Positions 12,028 through 24,870 are shown, counted from the stretch's first letter. The stretch: 64,000 bases of DNA from Phoronis australis (GCA_002633005.1 NMRA01000013.1:1550185-1614184), one strand, 5' to 3'. The notes: generated by a model from the sequence alone, not told the origin. Translations and numbers: made by a program.

Positions 12028-12954
12028 TTAAGGCCACGGCGCGGTGCCCTTTATTCCGCATTTGAATACGATTTCACTGGCGTAGTGGCTTTGTTTCTCG
12101 GACGTGTCACATACGTCTTGACAGAACTGTTCGTCGTTGCAGTCCGGTGGAGGTTGCCCGGTTTTCATACATCCGACAAGAGCCGAAGAGGCATTCTGAA
12201 AATAACGACGTGACTAATGAAAATATCGTATACTTAGTCATTATGTAGGCTCGCTGCTGTGATCGCACTTTTTCGTTGAAAATGAAGGCGTGATCATACT
12301 CGTTTAATACGATACAAAAAAATGTTGGCCAGGAGGGCCGGGTGTGTCCGTCTGAATCCGCGCCAGTAATTGCAGTTTAGTAACAATTAAATAGTGACGC
12401 AGGAATTACCAAAACTAAATTCGAATATTTGGAGGTGTAGTGCTGAAATTTTCAACGTTGTGTTTTAACATTTAAACACTGAGAATGTTGACACGTTGTT
12501 TGCATCATATGTATGATAACACACAAACCTGGTAGCTCCCGTAAACCATGTCGCACCAACGGATGCAGTTGCGGTCCTTGTCACATCCCAGTGGTCTCTC
12601 TCCGTCGGCGCATATGTCCCATTCCTTGGGTCTTTGGTGTAAGTAGAACATGTTCAGCTGATCATACACATGGGTGCACCAATCGTTACACGCGTTGGTC
12701 TCTTTGGAGCAATCGATACTGGACTTCATTCCAAACGCACAGGCTACCGGCTGCCGCAGTGAGTAGAGGAACAAGTCGTGTAAAAATGGACAGAAGACCA
12801 TACAATAGAAATCGCGATCGCCATTTTCGTCCACGCAAACGTCTTCATATAAAACATCAATCTCGTGCTGACGTTTGACTCTCTTATGCGCGTTGAAGCC
12901 ATCGCTAGAAACGAGAAGCATCAGCGCGACTGCCACGTACACTAAGCGATCCAT
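12028..12954 (-). CDS. Secreted cysteine-rich four-repeat protein, paralog B (197 aa; coding exons 12529-12954 and 12028-12195)
   Basis: Signal peptide MDRLVYVAVALMLLVSSDG, then KRVKR-Q. Acceptor ttgttttag at 12973. Phase-0 donor CAG|gtttgt at 12528. Last exon after ttttcag reads NASSALVGCMKTGQPPPDCNDEQFCQDVCDTSEKQSHYASEIVFKCGIKGTAPWP*. Same Cys scaffold and intron position as A and C. Confidence 0.88.
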
Positions 12955-14483
12955 TCCTCTCTGGGGGACGTCCTAAAACAAAAAAGCGCTCGCGCATTAT
13001 TGTTAAACTTTTAACACCGAGGTCTCGCTATGTCATCGAAGTCGCCCAAGGTGTTTGTATATAATTTCTATTGATACATATCAAAATGCAGAAAGTCAAG
13101 CTTCATATGTGAATATTGCTGATAGGTATTTACATGCTTTACTTGATACGCCATGCCTTAAATTGCGTTTTACTTCACATATCATGCCATAAATTAGCAC
13201 ATGTCATCAATATCGCTTTAATTAACTTCTTTTCTACTAAAAATTGAGAAACAAACATTAGTTTTTGATTAAGCCGACAAACTTTGGAACTATCACTAGG
13301 GAATTTTCTTCATAGCTTCTTACCGGTACACTGACTACATCATATCTCACCTTTGAGATTTCTCAGTTCGCTGTTCTTGGAGCTAACTTCATGTCAAGTG
13401 AGTATTCCACGATGTTCGATTTCCAACGCCCTTACGATGTAATTATTGCATGTCTTTGAACCCGCATTCAGGCAAGGGCAGGTTTAGCGAGTCGATTGCC
13501 GTCCTAGTTTGAGTCGCTGGTGATTATTATCGGCATCTGCTTTGCCTTTAGGATTTTCATAAGCGATATTGTCGGCTATTAAAAATCGCGTCGTGTACTC
13601 TTGCCTTATGCTATCTTTTTTTAAAAATTCAACAGTTATTTTAATAGAACCTCTAATTTGAAATAGATTTCCCTGGTATGGGCTCTATCAGGGAACGAAC
13701 CCGAAGTTGTCACTGATACGATCTGACGAAACACCTATCGTTTCAGTGCAGTTGCATTTGGAGGGCCAAACTTTCAGGAAAAAATATCAGTATGTCAGCT
13801 GAAAGTGTGGGAATACTTTATCTAAAATACCAAGAATTAGTGATGTTTCTGTTGTTTTTCCACAAACGTCAATGGAAAAATTGCAACAAGGTACATATAA
13901 AAGTCAACAAAACTTGTTCGATATAACTTCACACGCTTTAGCGGCCATTTTTATTTTCTTATACGAACAAATAGTATCACGCAGTTACAAAAATTATTTC
14001 TTACACCCTAGAATTTCAGTGTGGGGGCAAGAACGGCAGACGACCGCTATGTGACAATAATACCCGCAGGAGTGGAGTAATTGAGCTATTGATAATTGAT
14101 ATAGTCGAGAAACGGTAGTTCAGTGGTGACTAAAGTCACGTAAGGTTTTGGCCGGATTCTAATAAAATATGAAGCCTTGACTTTGTCAAGAAAGGTATCA
14201 AGGTAGGTAATGCCACTCTGTATTCTTTTATGTATTACTGTTGTGACTGGGGTTTTAAGTTTCTAAATAAGTAAGCATATTTCGTACAACGACCATGCGT
14301 AGTATTAGAAAACAACGATGTCTCAAAATATTTAGGGTGAATTCTCCGGGGCGACGAGCCACTGTATGGGTTTGTTTATATTCGACCCCAGTTTTACTGT
14401 ATGATTTGTTCATGATTTCTATTTATTGTTCCGCTGATCTATAGAGGTAGTACTGATATTCTAAAGTAATTATTTACTTTCAG

Positions 14484-15811
14484 ATGTTATTTCGACTGTC
14501 CGTATTGATCGGCGTGTTATGCACACTGACGTTAGCATACGTCGATAAGCACGTCGACTTTCTGAAATTGTGCAACGGGGACACTTACTGTGTCAAATTT
14601 TGCCCCTACATGCGCTCAATCTATCTGTCCGCTCTACCCGTCGTGGCGCCCTGTGCCCTTGGGGTCTCCCATATCGTGCGCTGCGACGAGGAAAGGCACG
14701 TGTGCTCCCACTGGTGTGCTCACCTGCACGCGCAGATGCACGAGACACTGGGCAAACCGGCGGAATGGGAGCCGTGTGCTAGTGGCGAGCTACCCGATGG
14801 CTGCGACCAGGATCCAAACTGTGTCAAGTGGTGTGACTACGTTAAATACGCTTACCAGGTAAAAGTTACATCTTTGTATAATACTTTGCATGCACATACT
14901 TGTACTTAAATTGGGACACTTCCAACTAATTACTTATGAACGTGACAATTCTGAGTCACAATTTATTAAAAATTCCCAAACCTAGTAAGCCGGGCCATAG
15001 AAAATGAAAGATCAACAAAGATTGAAAGAGTTTAATTTTGTAAGAGGTGGCCATAAAACAGTCCATTCTAGTGAAATTCTTTTTCTTTTTGTTAAAATTT
15101 GAGGTGCCTTATGCATGGCTAAATAATAGTTTGTTACTTGTACATTAGGTAGAGAATTAAACAAGTTTACTATTAAACAAATACTAAGTCCAAGTTTCAT
15201 GATTTCGACTCTCCGGCTGTGCTGGCTGCACAATCAGCGGCATTGACCCCGGGAGTTTTTATTAGTGTTCCAACATTTGAAGGCGACGAGATCGAGTTGG
15301 AACATTTGTTTCGAAGTGGTGACACAGAGACTAACATAATACATAAATTGATTTAAGGAGGGGGTCCCCACCCCCACGGACACCACGAAAAAAGCTCGCC
15401 GTCGGTATTAAACAATTTCTATGATGCTTTCTCTTTCAGAAACTGTGGTTAGGCCCCCATACGACATCCTAAATCCGCCAGTGCTGTATCCTTAACAGCG
15501 TACACAAATCCATCGCCTATGTTTCTGCTATGAAGAGGATTTCCATTGGTTTTATTTAATTGATGTAGGTGCTCGGCCCCTATAAAGATAGGCGATCGAT
15601 GTTTCGTGCCTTTTTCACTGAGACCCCTTGTACATGTTTATTGTAGAACACGACTGCTCAAGTCCGGAATTGTTTGAAGACTGGCGTTGCTCTTCCAAAC
15701 TGTAACGATCAAGAACTTTGTCAAGACATCTGTTCTACCAGCAAAGAAGGCATGCTCAGCCCCAAAGTTCCTCTCTTGATAACGAACTGTTTGGCTTTAG
15801 GTCATCCGTGA
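14484..15811 (+). CDS. Secreted cysteine-rich four-repeat protein, paralog C (179 aa; coding exons 14484-14858 and 15647-15811)
   Basis: tttactttcag|ATG, the same context as paralog A. Signal peptide MLFRLSVLIGVLCTLTLA. Phase-0 donor CAG|gtaaaa at 14859. Last exon after ttattgtag reads NTTAQVRNCLKTGVALPNCNDQELCQDICSTSKEGMLSPKVPLLITNCLALGHP*. Confidence 0.88.
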
Positions 15812-16703
15812 ATGTGACAGAAATTTGCTTTAAAAATGAATAAGATTACCGTAAAATCTCAACGTTAATTTTGTACTCAATGCGCGCAACCAGGGGGAGT
15901 GGACAAAAATTAAGGTCCGCCTCAGAGAAATAAAAACTACGAAAAAATGCAGAAAACGAGACAAAAGTCCGTTAAAAGGCAGGAACAACCAAATTTCGGC
16001 GAACGCACAATTCATGGCTCTGGACGTAGTACCCCGTTAAGAAATCTCAGTAAAAGGTCCACGCTCTCAAAAATTCGAGCCCTCATTTTTAAAGCTGCCG
16101 GGTGCGCGCCTGTCAAGTGACATTTTTGACATTTCCATGACGAATATGTATTAAGATCAACTCTTTTATATGTTAAAGGTTTGTACCATAGCTGCCACCA
16201 GACAGCAATTGTGGGCATTCCGAAAATATTAAAAGCTTTTAAAAATGAAAAAAGGTTACTTTGTTAATTACTTTTAGTTGCTGAAGTTGGTGAAATTTTA
16301 TAATACGAATCTTCGTTTTGTTTAAACCCATGCACTTAAAACAGTACGGTAATGTTTTATTGGGATATCTGCATGCGTGAGGTTTGGCCAAAAAGAACAA
16401 GAAGGAAAATCAGTCTGAAGGTCGTCAGTCAGAAATGCACGGTCAATGAAATGATTTCAGCTATTTTCAGATAAATCACTGTCTTGTGTATCATACGCAA
16501 ACACTAAAACTATGTGCAAAACAACTTTATTCTATGATAATTAAACAGTGTCAATCTCATCACTTAGATACTTTAAAGTAAAGTAGATCCTGTGTAGTAA
16601 TACCTTGACTTACATTATTACAACTGGTCAGTGTGAAGTGCAACTATATGAAACAATTTTAGCATGAACTTGTGCCTGAGAGACCAGTGATTATGCACAA
16701 AGA

Positions 16704-16915
16704 CATTGGCATAGCCACTGGGAGAAGGGCACAATGGGTCCATGGCCTCCTTGTTCGGTACAAAAGACCATCTCAAGGTTTAAACTCATTCTAATTTTGC
16801 ATTTGCCTGCTCATTGCAAAGTGCACCCGAGTTGAATCAAACCTCCATCTCCCCCAGGTAACCAACAAATTCGCATTTAGTGCCCCCCTGCTGAATACTT
16901 CCGGCTATGCCAGGG
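16704..16915. mobile_element. Degenerate hAT-like MITE (second copy at ~19245-19457)
   Basis: Imperfect TIRs CATTGGCATAGCC...GGCTATGCCAGGG. No clear TSD. Confidence 0.45.
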
Positions 16916-17172
16916 CATACAAAATACACTACACAATGCAGCAGCTTCCCATACTCCGGATGCGTTTTGTCAAATTGTTCAAAGACGTGGAATTCGCATT
17001 TTACAAAACTACTTCACAAGTGGTAGTACTGAGCAGCAGCCCTTGGCCAAAACTCAGTCATAACATTTTTATTGCCATTGTTTGTTGCCACAAGGAAGTC
17101 AAACCTTGAAAAAATAAAATGTGAGCACTTTAGCAGTTCTAGTGGGACATAATTGAAGAGTTATGGTATATA

Positions 17173-17176
<4 letters not shown>

Positions 17177-17209
<33 letters not shown>
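17177..17209. repeat. (GT)n microsatellite running into the assembly gap
   Basis: Directly visible. Confidence 0.95.
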
Positions 17210-18243
17210 NNNNNNNNNNNNNNNNNNNNNNNNNNNNNNNNNNNNNNNNNNNNNNNNNNNNNNNNNNNNNNNNNNNNNNNNNNNNNNNNNNNNNNNNNNN
17301 NNNNNNNNNNNNNNNNNNNNNNNNNNNNNNNNNNNNNNNNNNNNNNNNNNNNNNNNNNNNNNNNNNNNNNNNNNNNNNNNNNNNNNNNNNNNNNNNNNNN
17401 NNNNNNNNNNNNNNNNNNNNNNNNNNNNNNNNNNNNNNNNNNNNNNNNNNNNNNNNNNNNNNNNNNNNNNNNNNNNNNNNNNNNNNNNNNNNNNNNNNNN
17501 NNNNNNNNNNNNNNNNNNNNNNNNNNNNNNNNNNNNNNNNNNNNNNNNNNNNNNNNNNNNNNNNNNNNNNNNNNNNNNNNNNNNNNNNNNNNNNNNNNNN
17601 NNNNNNNNNNNNNNNNNNNNNNNNNNNNNNNNNNNNNNNNNNNNNNNNNNNNNNNNNNNNNNNNNNNNNNNNNNNNNNNNNNNNNNNNNNNNNNNNNAGG
17701 TGCCTTATGCATGGCTAAATAATAGTTTGTTACTTGTACATTAGGTAGAGAATTAAACAAGTTTACTATTAAACAGATACTAAGCCCAAGTTTCATGATT
17801 TCGACTCTCCGGCTGTGCTGGCTGCACAATCAGCGGCATTGACCCCGGGAGTTTTTATAAGTGTTCCAACATTTGAAGGCGATGAGATCGAGTTGGAACG
17901 TTTTTTTTGGAAGTGGTGACACAGAGACTAACATAATACATAAATTGATTTAAGGAGGGGGTCCCCACCCCCACGGACACCACGAAAAAAGCTCGCCGTC
18001 GGTATTAAACAATTTCTAAGATGCTTTCTCTTACAGAAACTGTGGTTAGGCCCCCATACGACATCCTAAATCCGCCAGTGCTGTATCCTTAACAGCGTGC
18101 GCAAATCCATCGCCTATGTTTCTGCTATAAAGAGGATTTCCATTGGTTTTATTTAATCGATGTAGGTGCTTGGCCCCTATAAAGATAGGCGATCGATGTT
18201 TCGTGTCCTTTTCACTGAGACCCCTTGTACATGTTTATTGTAG

Positions 18244-18408
18244 AACACGACTGCTCAAGTCCGGAGTTGTTTGAAGACTGGCGTTGCTCTTCCAAACTGT
18301 AACGATCAAGAACTTTGTCAAGACATCTGTTCTACCAGCAAAGAAGGCATGCTCAGCCCCAAAGTTCCTCTCTTAATAACGAACTGTTTGGCTTTAGGTC
18401 ATCCGTGA
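18244..18408 (+). other. Second copy of the terminal coding exon of paralog C, inside the duplicated segment
   Basis: Near-identical to 15647-15811, with one Asn->Ser change (AAT->AGT) and a silent TTG->TTA. Acceptor and stop are intact. Confidence 0.75.
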
Positions 18409-21116
18409 ATGTGACAGAAATTTGCTTTAAAAATGAATAAGATTATCGTAAAATCTCAACGTTAATTTTGTACTCAATGCGGCGATCGAGCATGCGCGCA
18501 ACCAGGGGGAGTGGACAAAAGTTAAGGTCCGCCTCAGAGAAATAAAAACAACGAAAAAATGCAGAAAACGAGACAAAAGTCCATTAAAAAGGCAGGAACA
18601 ACCAAATTTCGGCGAACGCACAATTAATGGCTCTGGACGTAGTACCCCGTAAGGAAATCTCAGTAAAAGGTCCACGCTCTCCATGATGAATATGTATTAA
18701 GAGCAACTCTTTTATATGTTAAAGGTTTGTACCATAGCTGTCACCAGACAGCAATTGTGGGCATTCCGAAAATATTAGAAGCTTTTAAAAATGAAAAAGG
18801 TTACTTTGTTAATTACTTTTGCCGAAATTGGTGAAATTTTATAATACGAATCTTCGTTTTGTTTAAACCCATGCACTTAAAACAGTACAGTAATGTTTTA
18901 TTGGGATATCTTCATGCGTGAGGTTTGGCCAAAAAGAACAAGAAGGAAAATCAATCTGAAGGCCGTCAGTCAGAAATGCACGGTCAATGAAATGATTTCA
19001 GCTATTTTCAGATAAATCACTGTCTTGTGTATCATACGCGCAAACACTAAAACTATGTGCAAAACAACTTTATTCTATGATAATTAAACAGTGTTAATCT
19101 CATCACTTAGATATTTTAAAGTAAAGTAGATCCTGTGTAGTAATACCTTGTCTTTACATTATTACAACTGGTCAGTGTGAAGTGCAACTATGAAACAATT
19201 TTAGCATGAACTTGTGCCTGAGAGACCAGTGATTATGCACAAAGACATTGGCATAGCCACTGGGAGAAGGGTACAATGGGTCCATGGCCTCCTTTTTCGG
19301 TACAAAAGGCCATCTCAAGGTTTAAACTCATTCTAATTTTGCATTTGCCCGCTCATTTCAAAGTGCACTCGAGTTGAATCAAACCTCCATCTCCCCCAGG
19401 TAACCAACAAATTCGCATTTAGTGGCCCCCTGCTGAATACTTCTGGCTATGCCAGGGCATACAAAATACACTACACAATGCAGTAGCTTCCCAGTAGTCC
19501 CGATGCGTTTGATGCAAATTGTTCAAAGACGTGGAATTCGCATTTTACAAAACTACTTCACAAGTGGTAGTACTCAGCAGCAGCCCTTCGCCAAAACTCA
19601 GTCATAACATTTTTATTGTTTGTTGCCACAAGGAAGTCAAACCTTGAAAAAATAAAATGTGAGCACTTTAGCAGTTCTAGCGCAAAGAGAGTTGAAGAGT
19701 TATGGTATATATATATATTTTGCTTACATTCAAGTAAATCATTAACATTTGAATTGAGTTCATTTTCAAAATGATTCCCATCAAACAAAATATTCCCCTT
19801 TCAGGTTACCTCAGGCCATGTAATGAGCACTTCCACCAATTTACAGTCAAAGACACTTATAAAAAAAAGATTTAATTGTGTTTGGTTTAACGCCATCTTG
19901 ATTTTTTATTTTTTATTTAAAAATTCAAAATTCGTCCTATTTCACAGCACCCTGTATTTCGTTGACAGATTTGTACAAGAACTGTTGTCATCAAGAAGCC
20001 TGCTTGAAATCTGATATCCAGACTCTATTTGTGTGGAGCCCAGTAATTACTGCATTAGCGATGATTTTACGGCAATAAAACACTGGCTGAAATAAATTTG
20101 GGTATAATGGACTAAAAGTGGTGATTTTTCAAACTACCTGAATTCATCCTAAAAAGTTATGTTAGGGTCCTTTCTACATAAAAATATGGATAAAAATTAG
20201 ATGTGTTAGGTTTCGTATCTCTGACGTCCCTTGATGAAAGGTTTTTGTAACTCTTTGAACCTATAAATCGTGATGCCGGACAAAAAGCCATGGGAACGCT
20301 TAGTGATGGACCAGACAGATATCTGGATTTAGAAACTGCTGTTGTCTGGAGTTGTAAATAAACAGGAGATTCTTGTAATGGCTTTGAACATTATGAATGG
20401 GCAGTATAGTAGTAACGCAATAAAATGCTCAAATTCTCAGGCAGAGCCAGTAAACAGGCACGATCTCTACAAGCCAATTTAGGTCGAGTCGTAGGTTTCA
20501 ACGACGCTGACAAAGTTTGATCAGTTATCGAGCATACACAGTTAAAACTAAGCTGATGACCTGGTCAACTCAGTGATGACCTGGTCAACTCAGGTGCTCA
20601 AATGAAGGACCACACGAGACCTAGACAAGCCTCCGTCTGCCGGAGGTGGGATGACCTATAATCACCATCAAACTAAGTAGGTTATTTTCAAAAGATTAAC
20701 ATTAGATAAATTAAATACCACAGGCAGTTCTCTCTAATTTTACTTGTGTTACAAGAATATTATTAAATGAGTAATTAACAAGATACAGATACCCACGAAT
20801 ACAATAAACAGTCTTTGCAAATGAGAAGCAGGTCGTCTAAGTTGGGGCAAGACTTTGACAGAACTATCCCAGTTTTTGCTGTAGCACAATGATGCCCTTG
20901 TAATGCTTCTCTTAAGCTGTGGTGCTAATGTCCCTAATGAAAATTTCACTCAGAAAAGTACCGGACACACGGTAGGTCACCCGAGTTTGTTTAGTTCGCA
21001 GTCTGCCAGAAGAAAAGATTCAGTGTAAAAATCGTCTATTGCAAATCCCGATGACAGTACTGCACCATGAAAGGAAGGCAATCGGGAATGTTCCAACGTC
21101 ACCAAGTACACAATAA

Positions 21117-23278
21117 TCAGTCATCATCCTGCTTCTTGGCCTTCCTCGTCTGTGGTGTAGTCATTTTCTGAATTGTGTCTGCAGTTGTTCTCTCTGCCTT
21201 AGTCACCATACTGAAGTCCAGTTCCCGCAGCTGAGGCAATTTGTCCAGTACGTATAGTCTGTAGTGCTGTAAGGAATGAAAGTGGGGCAGATTTATTTCC
21301 TGTTTTCACTTTGCGTCTCCTAGAAATGTGTGTGACAAACGTCACTGCATAGTCTAGTTTATGCGAAATTATTCGTATTTCCTCCATGATACAGTTTTTC
21401 AAAAACTAAAGGAAAGCGCAGTACCAGACTGCCTGCAATTATTTTTTTACCATGTTCCACTGTTTTGAAGAGTCACGTGCCAATTGAAGAGTAATTACAG
21501 TTGAGAAGTTAGCATGCGCTTAATACAATGGATCTGCAGTGTACAACAGAGTGAATAAGACAGTTCAGAAGTTTTAGCCACAAGTGATTGCTACAAAAGC
21601 AATCTTAACCTTACCTTGATTTGTTCAATGGGATTCCCGTGAAGACTGAGTTTCCTTAAACTTGTCATTTGTGCTAGCTTGTCGACCTGTTTAATATCTT
21701 GAATATGGTTTCCATGCAAGTAAAGGATTTGCAAGTTTTTGTAACATAATAAAACCTGAAAAAAACAGATAACACTAGGTTTGAATTTAATTTCAGCAAT
21801 TGACAATTTAATATTTAAAACAAAGATGAAGCAAAAGGTAAATTTCATTATCATCAAAATGCCTTCAAAATTACGTCATGATTGTAGTGCAGTGTACATC
21901 ATGGGGAGAACAATGTCAGGGTGGCCTGCTGTCATTAATGTCCCTGAGTTTAGTGCGGCTGTAAAACCATATTGCACTCAAGAAGTGATCTCCTTATTTA
22001 CCCCACTTATCGTTATAAAATTTGTTTTTTGCTTTTTACACAGAACTGACAGTTTGTTATTCCTTGAGACCATGCATGCTTGGTGAATAAAGACAATGGC
22101 AATAAGCCAACTCGCAAAGTCTGGTCTTATTCAATAACAAAATGTCGGTTCTTTCTAAACCCTGAAATCAACTCTAAATTGACTAAGGCGCAAATTGAAA
22201 CTAATTTTGCATTGGTATAAGGACTAAATCAAAGCTGTTCTTTTGTGTTGGAAGGTGCATTTATTGCAAATTTAACAAAAGCGTACACACTTAACCAGCC
22301 AAGTCTCAAAAGCAAACAATTAATGTGAACCAACCTCATCGATTGTTGTGAGATCGTTGGATGACAAGTCCAACCATGCCAGTTCATTAGGCTCAGCCAT
22401 GAGCTGATCTATGGTGGAGCACAGTGTGCTGCAGTCTGCAACATTATTGTTACACAGCTTCAAAGACTTGCTCAGAGACTTGCCATCCTTCGAGGTTGTC
22501 TTCTGCTTCTTTGGGCTTTTCCTCGGTTCTTCATGCAAGCAATCTGTTACACATCAAAACATGCCTTAATGCAGTAGAAGTATAGATCATAGACAGAAAG
22601 ATTTGAAACTACAATATTTTCTCATGGAATTCCCAGAGGAGGCGCCACTCTCTCCCTGTGTATAACTCGGTTTCTGATTAGAGAGCTGATGATGTACTTG
22701 ACGGAAGTAAAATGTGCATCACAACAAAAGCCGCAAGTGAATAATGATGTCACAGCCAATAGTGGTAGTCTCGACTTGCGCACAATATCACAGATTTTAT
22801 GCACTGAGAATATCCAGAGTTGACATTGGCGGACCATATATTATAGTCTATGGTAAAATGTATTAATGTGCTACCACTAAAGACTTCTAGCACATGGCCA
22901 GCGTACCCCAACGAGGCCAACCTGAGAATTGCGATAAAACTTCTTGAGTGCTGGGTGATGTCAAAAACAACACTACATCTTGTGGCTAACATGTAGCAAT
23001 GGACAATAAAGAATTTAGAATGTCTTAGAGGGTCCATCCAAAAAGAAAAAATTATGAAGCTCTAAAATTTTTTTTCTCTTTTGGTTGTGTCCATAGGGAC
23101 CCCAATAAATCTGCCTAAGAAGTGTTCAATAAGAATGAAAATATTATTTTTCATCACACATACCTTCGAATGTAGTTAAATTCATGAAAGAGAAATCCAA
23201 TGGAGGGATCGTTCCTTGAAATTTTTGTCCTTTTGTTGAGTCTTTGCTCTCCGGTTTCCTGGGCGATTCTACAGACAT
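21117..23278 (-). CDS. LRRC51: Leucine-rich repeat-containing protein 51 (204 aa; exons 23164-23278, 22335-22543, 21615-21755, 21117-21266)
   Basis: Recognised motifs PPLDFSF, SKSLKLCNN, LAWLDLSSNDLTTID, NLQILYLHGNHI, LRKLSLHGNPIE and the LRRcap YRLYVLDKLPQLRELDFSMVTKAER. All introns are GT-AG with consistent phases 1,0,0. Confidence 0.9.
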
Positions 23279-24539
23279 CTTGACAACTGTATGGTCAATT
23301 TCTGAAAATAAATAAATCGAGTGTACTGTGGTGCTACTACTGGCATTTTTACCAAACTCTTCTTTACTTCTAAAGTCTGTTTTCTTGTCAAGTGAACGCA
23401 ATCAAAACTTTGAGTTTTAAGTCACTGCCTACAACAACAGTAAACAAATATGACTTAACAAACAAAGTCTAAATTCAACCATAAAAAACAAGAAAAACTT
23501 GTGATGTCAATCCGCGTACAGTGCAGGGTCAGTAATTGCAGTAGCTGCAGAAGACTGAGATATCGCAGACAGAACAGTCCCCATGTGCCAAAAGGGTTAT
23601 TGTCAAATATTTGTGGGTTAAGCCTGGGGTGGTTCTTGAGATTGATGAGACAAGACAAATATGAACTTGGCAACTGTCCCGATTTTGGCTGACAATCTAG
23701 CTTTATGAAGCTCCATCACCCCTAAGCAAAAAACAATTAAAAAAATGTGATGTCAATCCATCGGGATTTCGCGATCAGAAACTGCAATACAGTAGTGAAA
23801 TAGTTCAAATTTTCAAAGTCTGAAATGTTCCATTTCCATTAACAAACAGACAGTGGTCCTCTTGCTGACAGCCATCTCTTTTCCCTAACCCCGAAACAAA
23901 AGAAAGTGGTCATCTAAGTCCAGCTGCTGTGGTAAGTGGATACTGAAATCCCAACCGGTAAGAAGTATAAAAATCACAGTTGCTGGTTGGTAAATGAGAT
24001 GAGGCAACTCTAATGAAGGTTATTTCGAGTTTGGTTTACAAAACAAATGATTGAAATGATGTTGAGCATTGCTGAACACAAATTCCAGAACACGAGGAGT
24101 GTTTCTGAGGGTTAAGTCCAGGAAGTATTCCTGACATATGATGCTGGCACAGCGCCTGTTCTACAGAATTTGTATCACGCGACTTCTGCTCTTCAGGTGT
24201 GTCGTATAGTCGAGTAAAGCTCTAAATTGCTCATCAGAATGCAATTTTTAGTCTTTTTTGTTGTCAGATCGGTTTGGACACCAGACATATCAGAACCCCT
24301 CCATTGAACAAGCGGATTTTCCACACCATCTCAAACTGAGAGTCAGAGGGCAGAAGTTTGTGCTGCTAACCGCTAGTTATGCCCGTTTTTCAATTCAGAA
24401 TAAAGATTAAAGTCACTGCTGCACCCTGATAAGTTATACTGAATTTTAGATATTTAAAGTCTCCAGACAGACAAATACATACAATCAAACTTAAGGTGTC
24501 GACAGAAAAAACACAATCACCGACACAGCTCAAATGTAA

Positions 24540-24660
24540 ACACGATTTACGCCGCCATTTTTGTTGTTGCGGACAACCGAACTCGCAATATCTCGGGATT
24601 CACGGGACTTTTATTTCAATATGGCCGCGCCCTTGGTCCTGGATTGTTGTAGTCGGTAAA
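24540..24660. promoter_or_regulatory. Compact bidirectional promoter shared by LRRC51 and MTIF3
   Basis: CpG-enriched patch with outward-facing YY1-type motifs: AAAATGGCGGC on - at 24551-24561 and CAATATGGCCGC on + at 24617-24628. Each is followed by a splice donor (gtatgt on - at 24482; gtaaag at 24656). Confidence 0.65.
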
Positions 24661-24870
24661 GAACCCTGTTGACGATCGGTGCTTTTTGTTTTGGAGTGCT
24701 AGTCTATTTTTTCAAAGAAGGTAAACTGGATTTCACACGTCTGTTCTGACTTAATCGGTCTTCGGTCCAGAAAGCAAAACATGCATGTTTTAGAAGTTGC
24801 CTGATTCTCAAAATTTGGGACCGCTGCAGTCAGACTCAGAGCCAGAGCCAGAGGCAGAAGCACCTTTCAG

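Larger units (their letters stand above)
15102..19710. repeat. About 2-kb direct duplication (15102-~17172 and 17698-~19710) on either side of an N-gap; probable uncollapsed haplotype
   Basis: The second copy starts exactly at the gap edge (aggtgccttatgcatggc). The copies differ by scattered SNPs and indels: about 13 bp extra near 18482, about 67 bp missing near 18680, and (GT)n in copy 1 only. Confidence 0.9.

Noticed and set aside
17153-17829. Long ORFs of 180-222 aa in the track
   Set aside because: Artefacts of reading through the (GT)n run and the N-gap.
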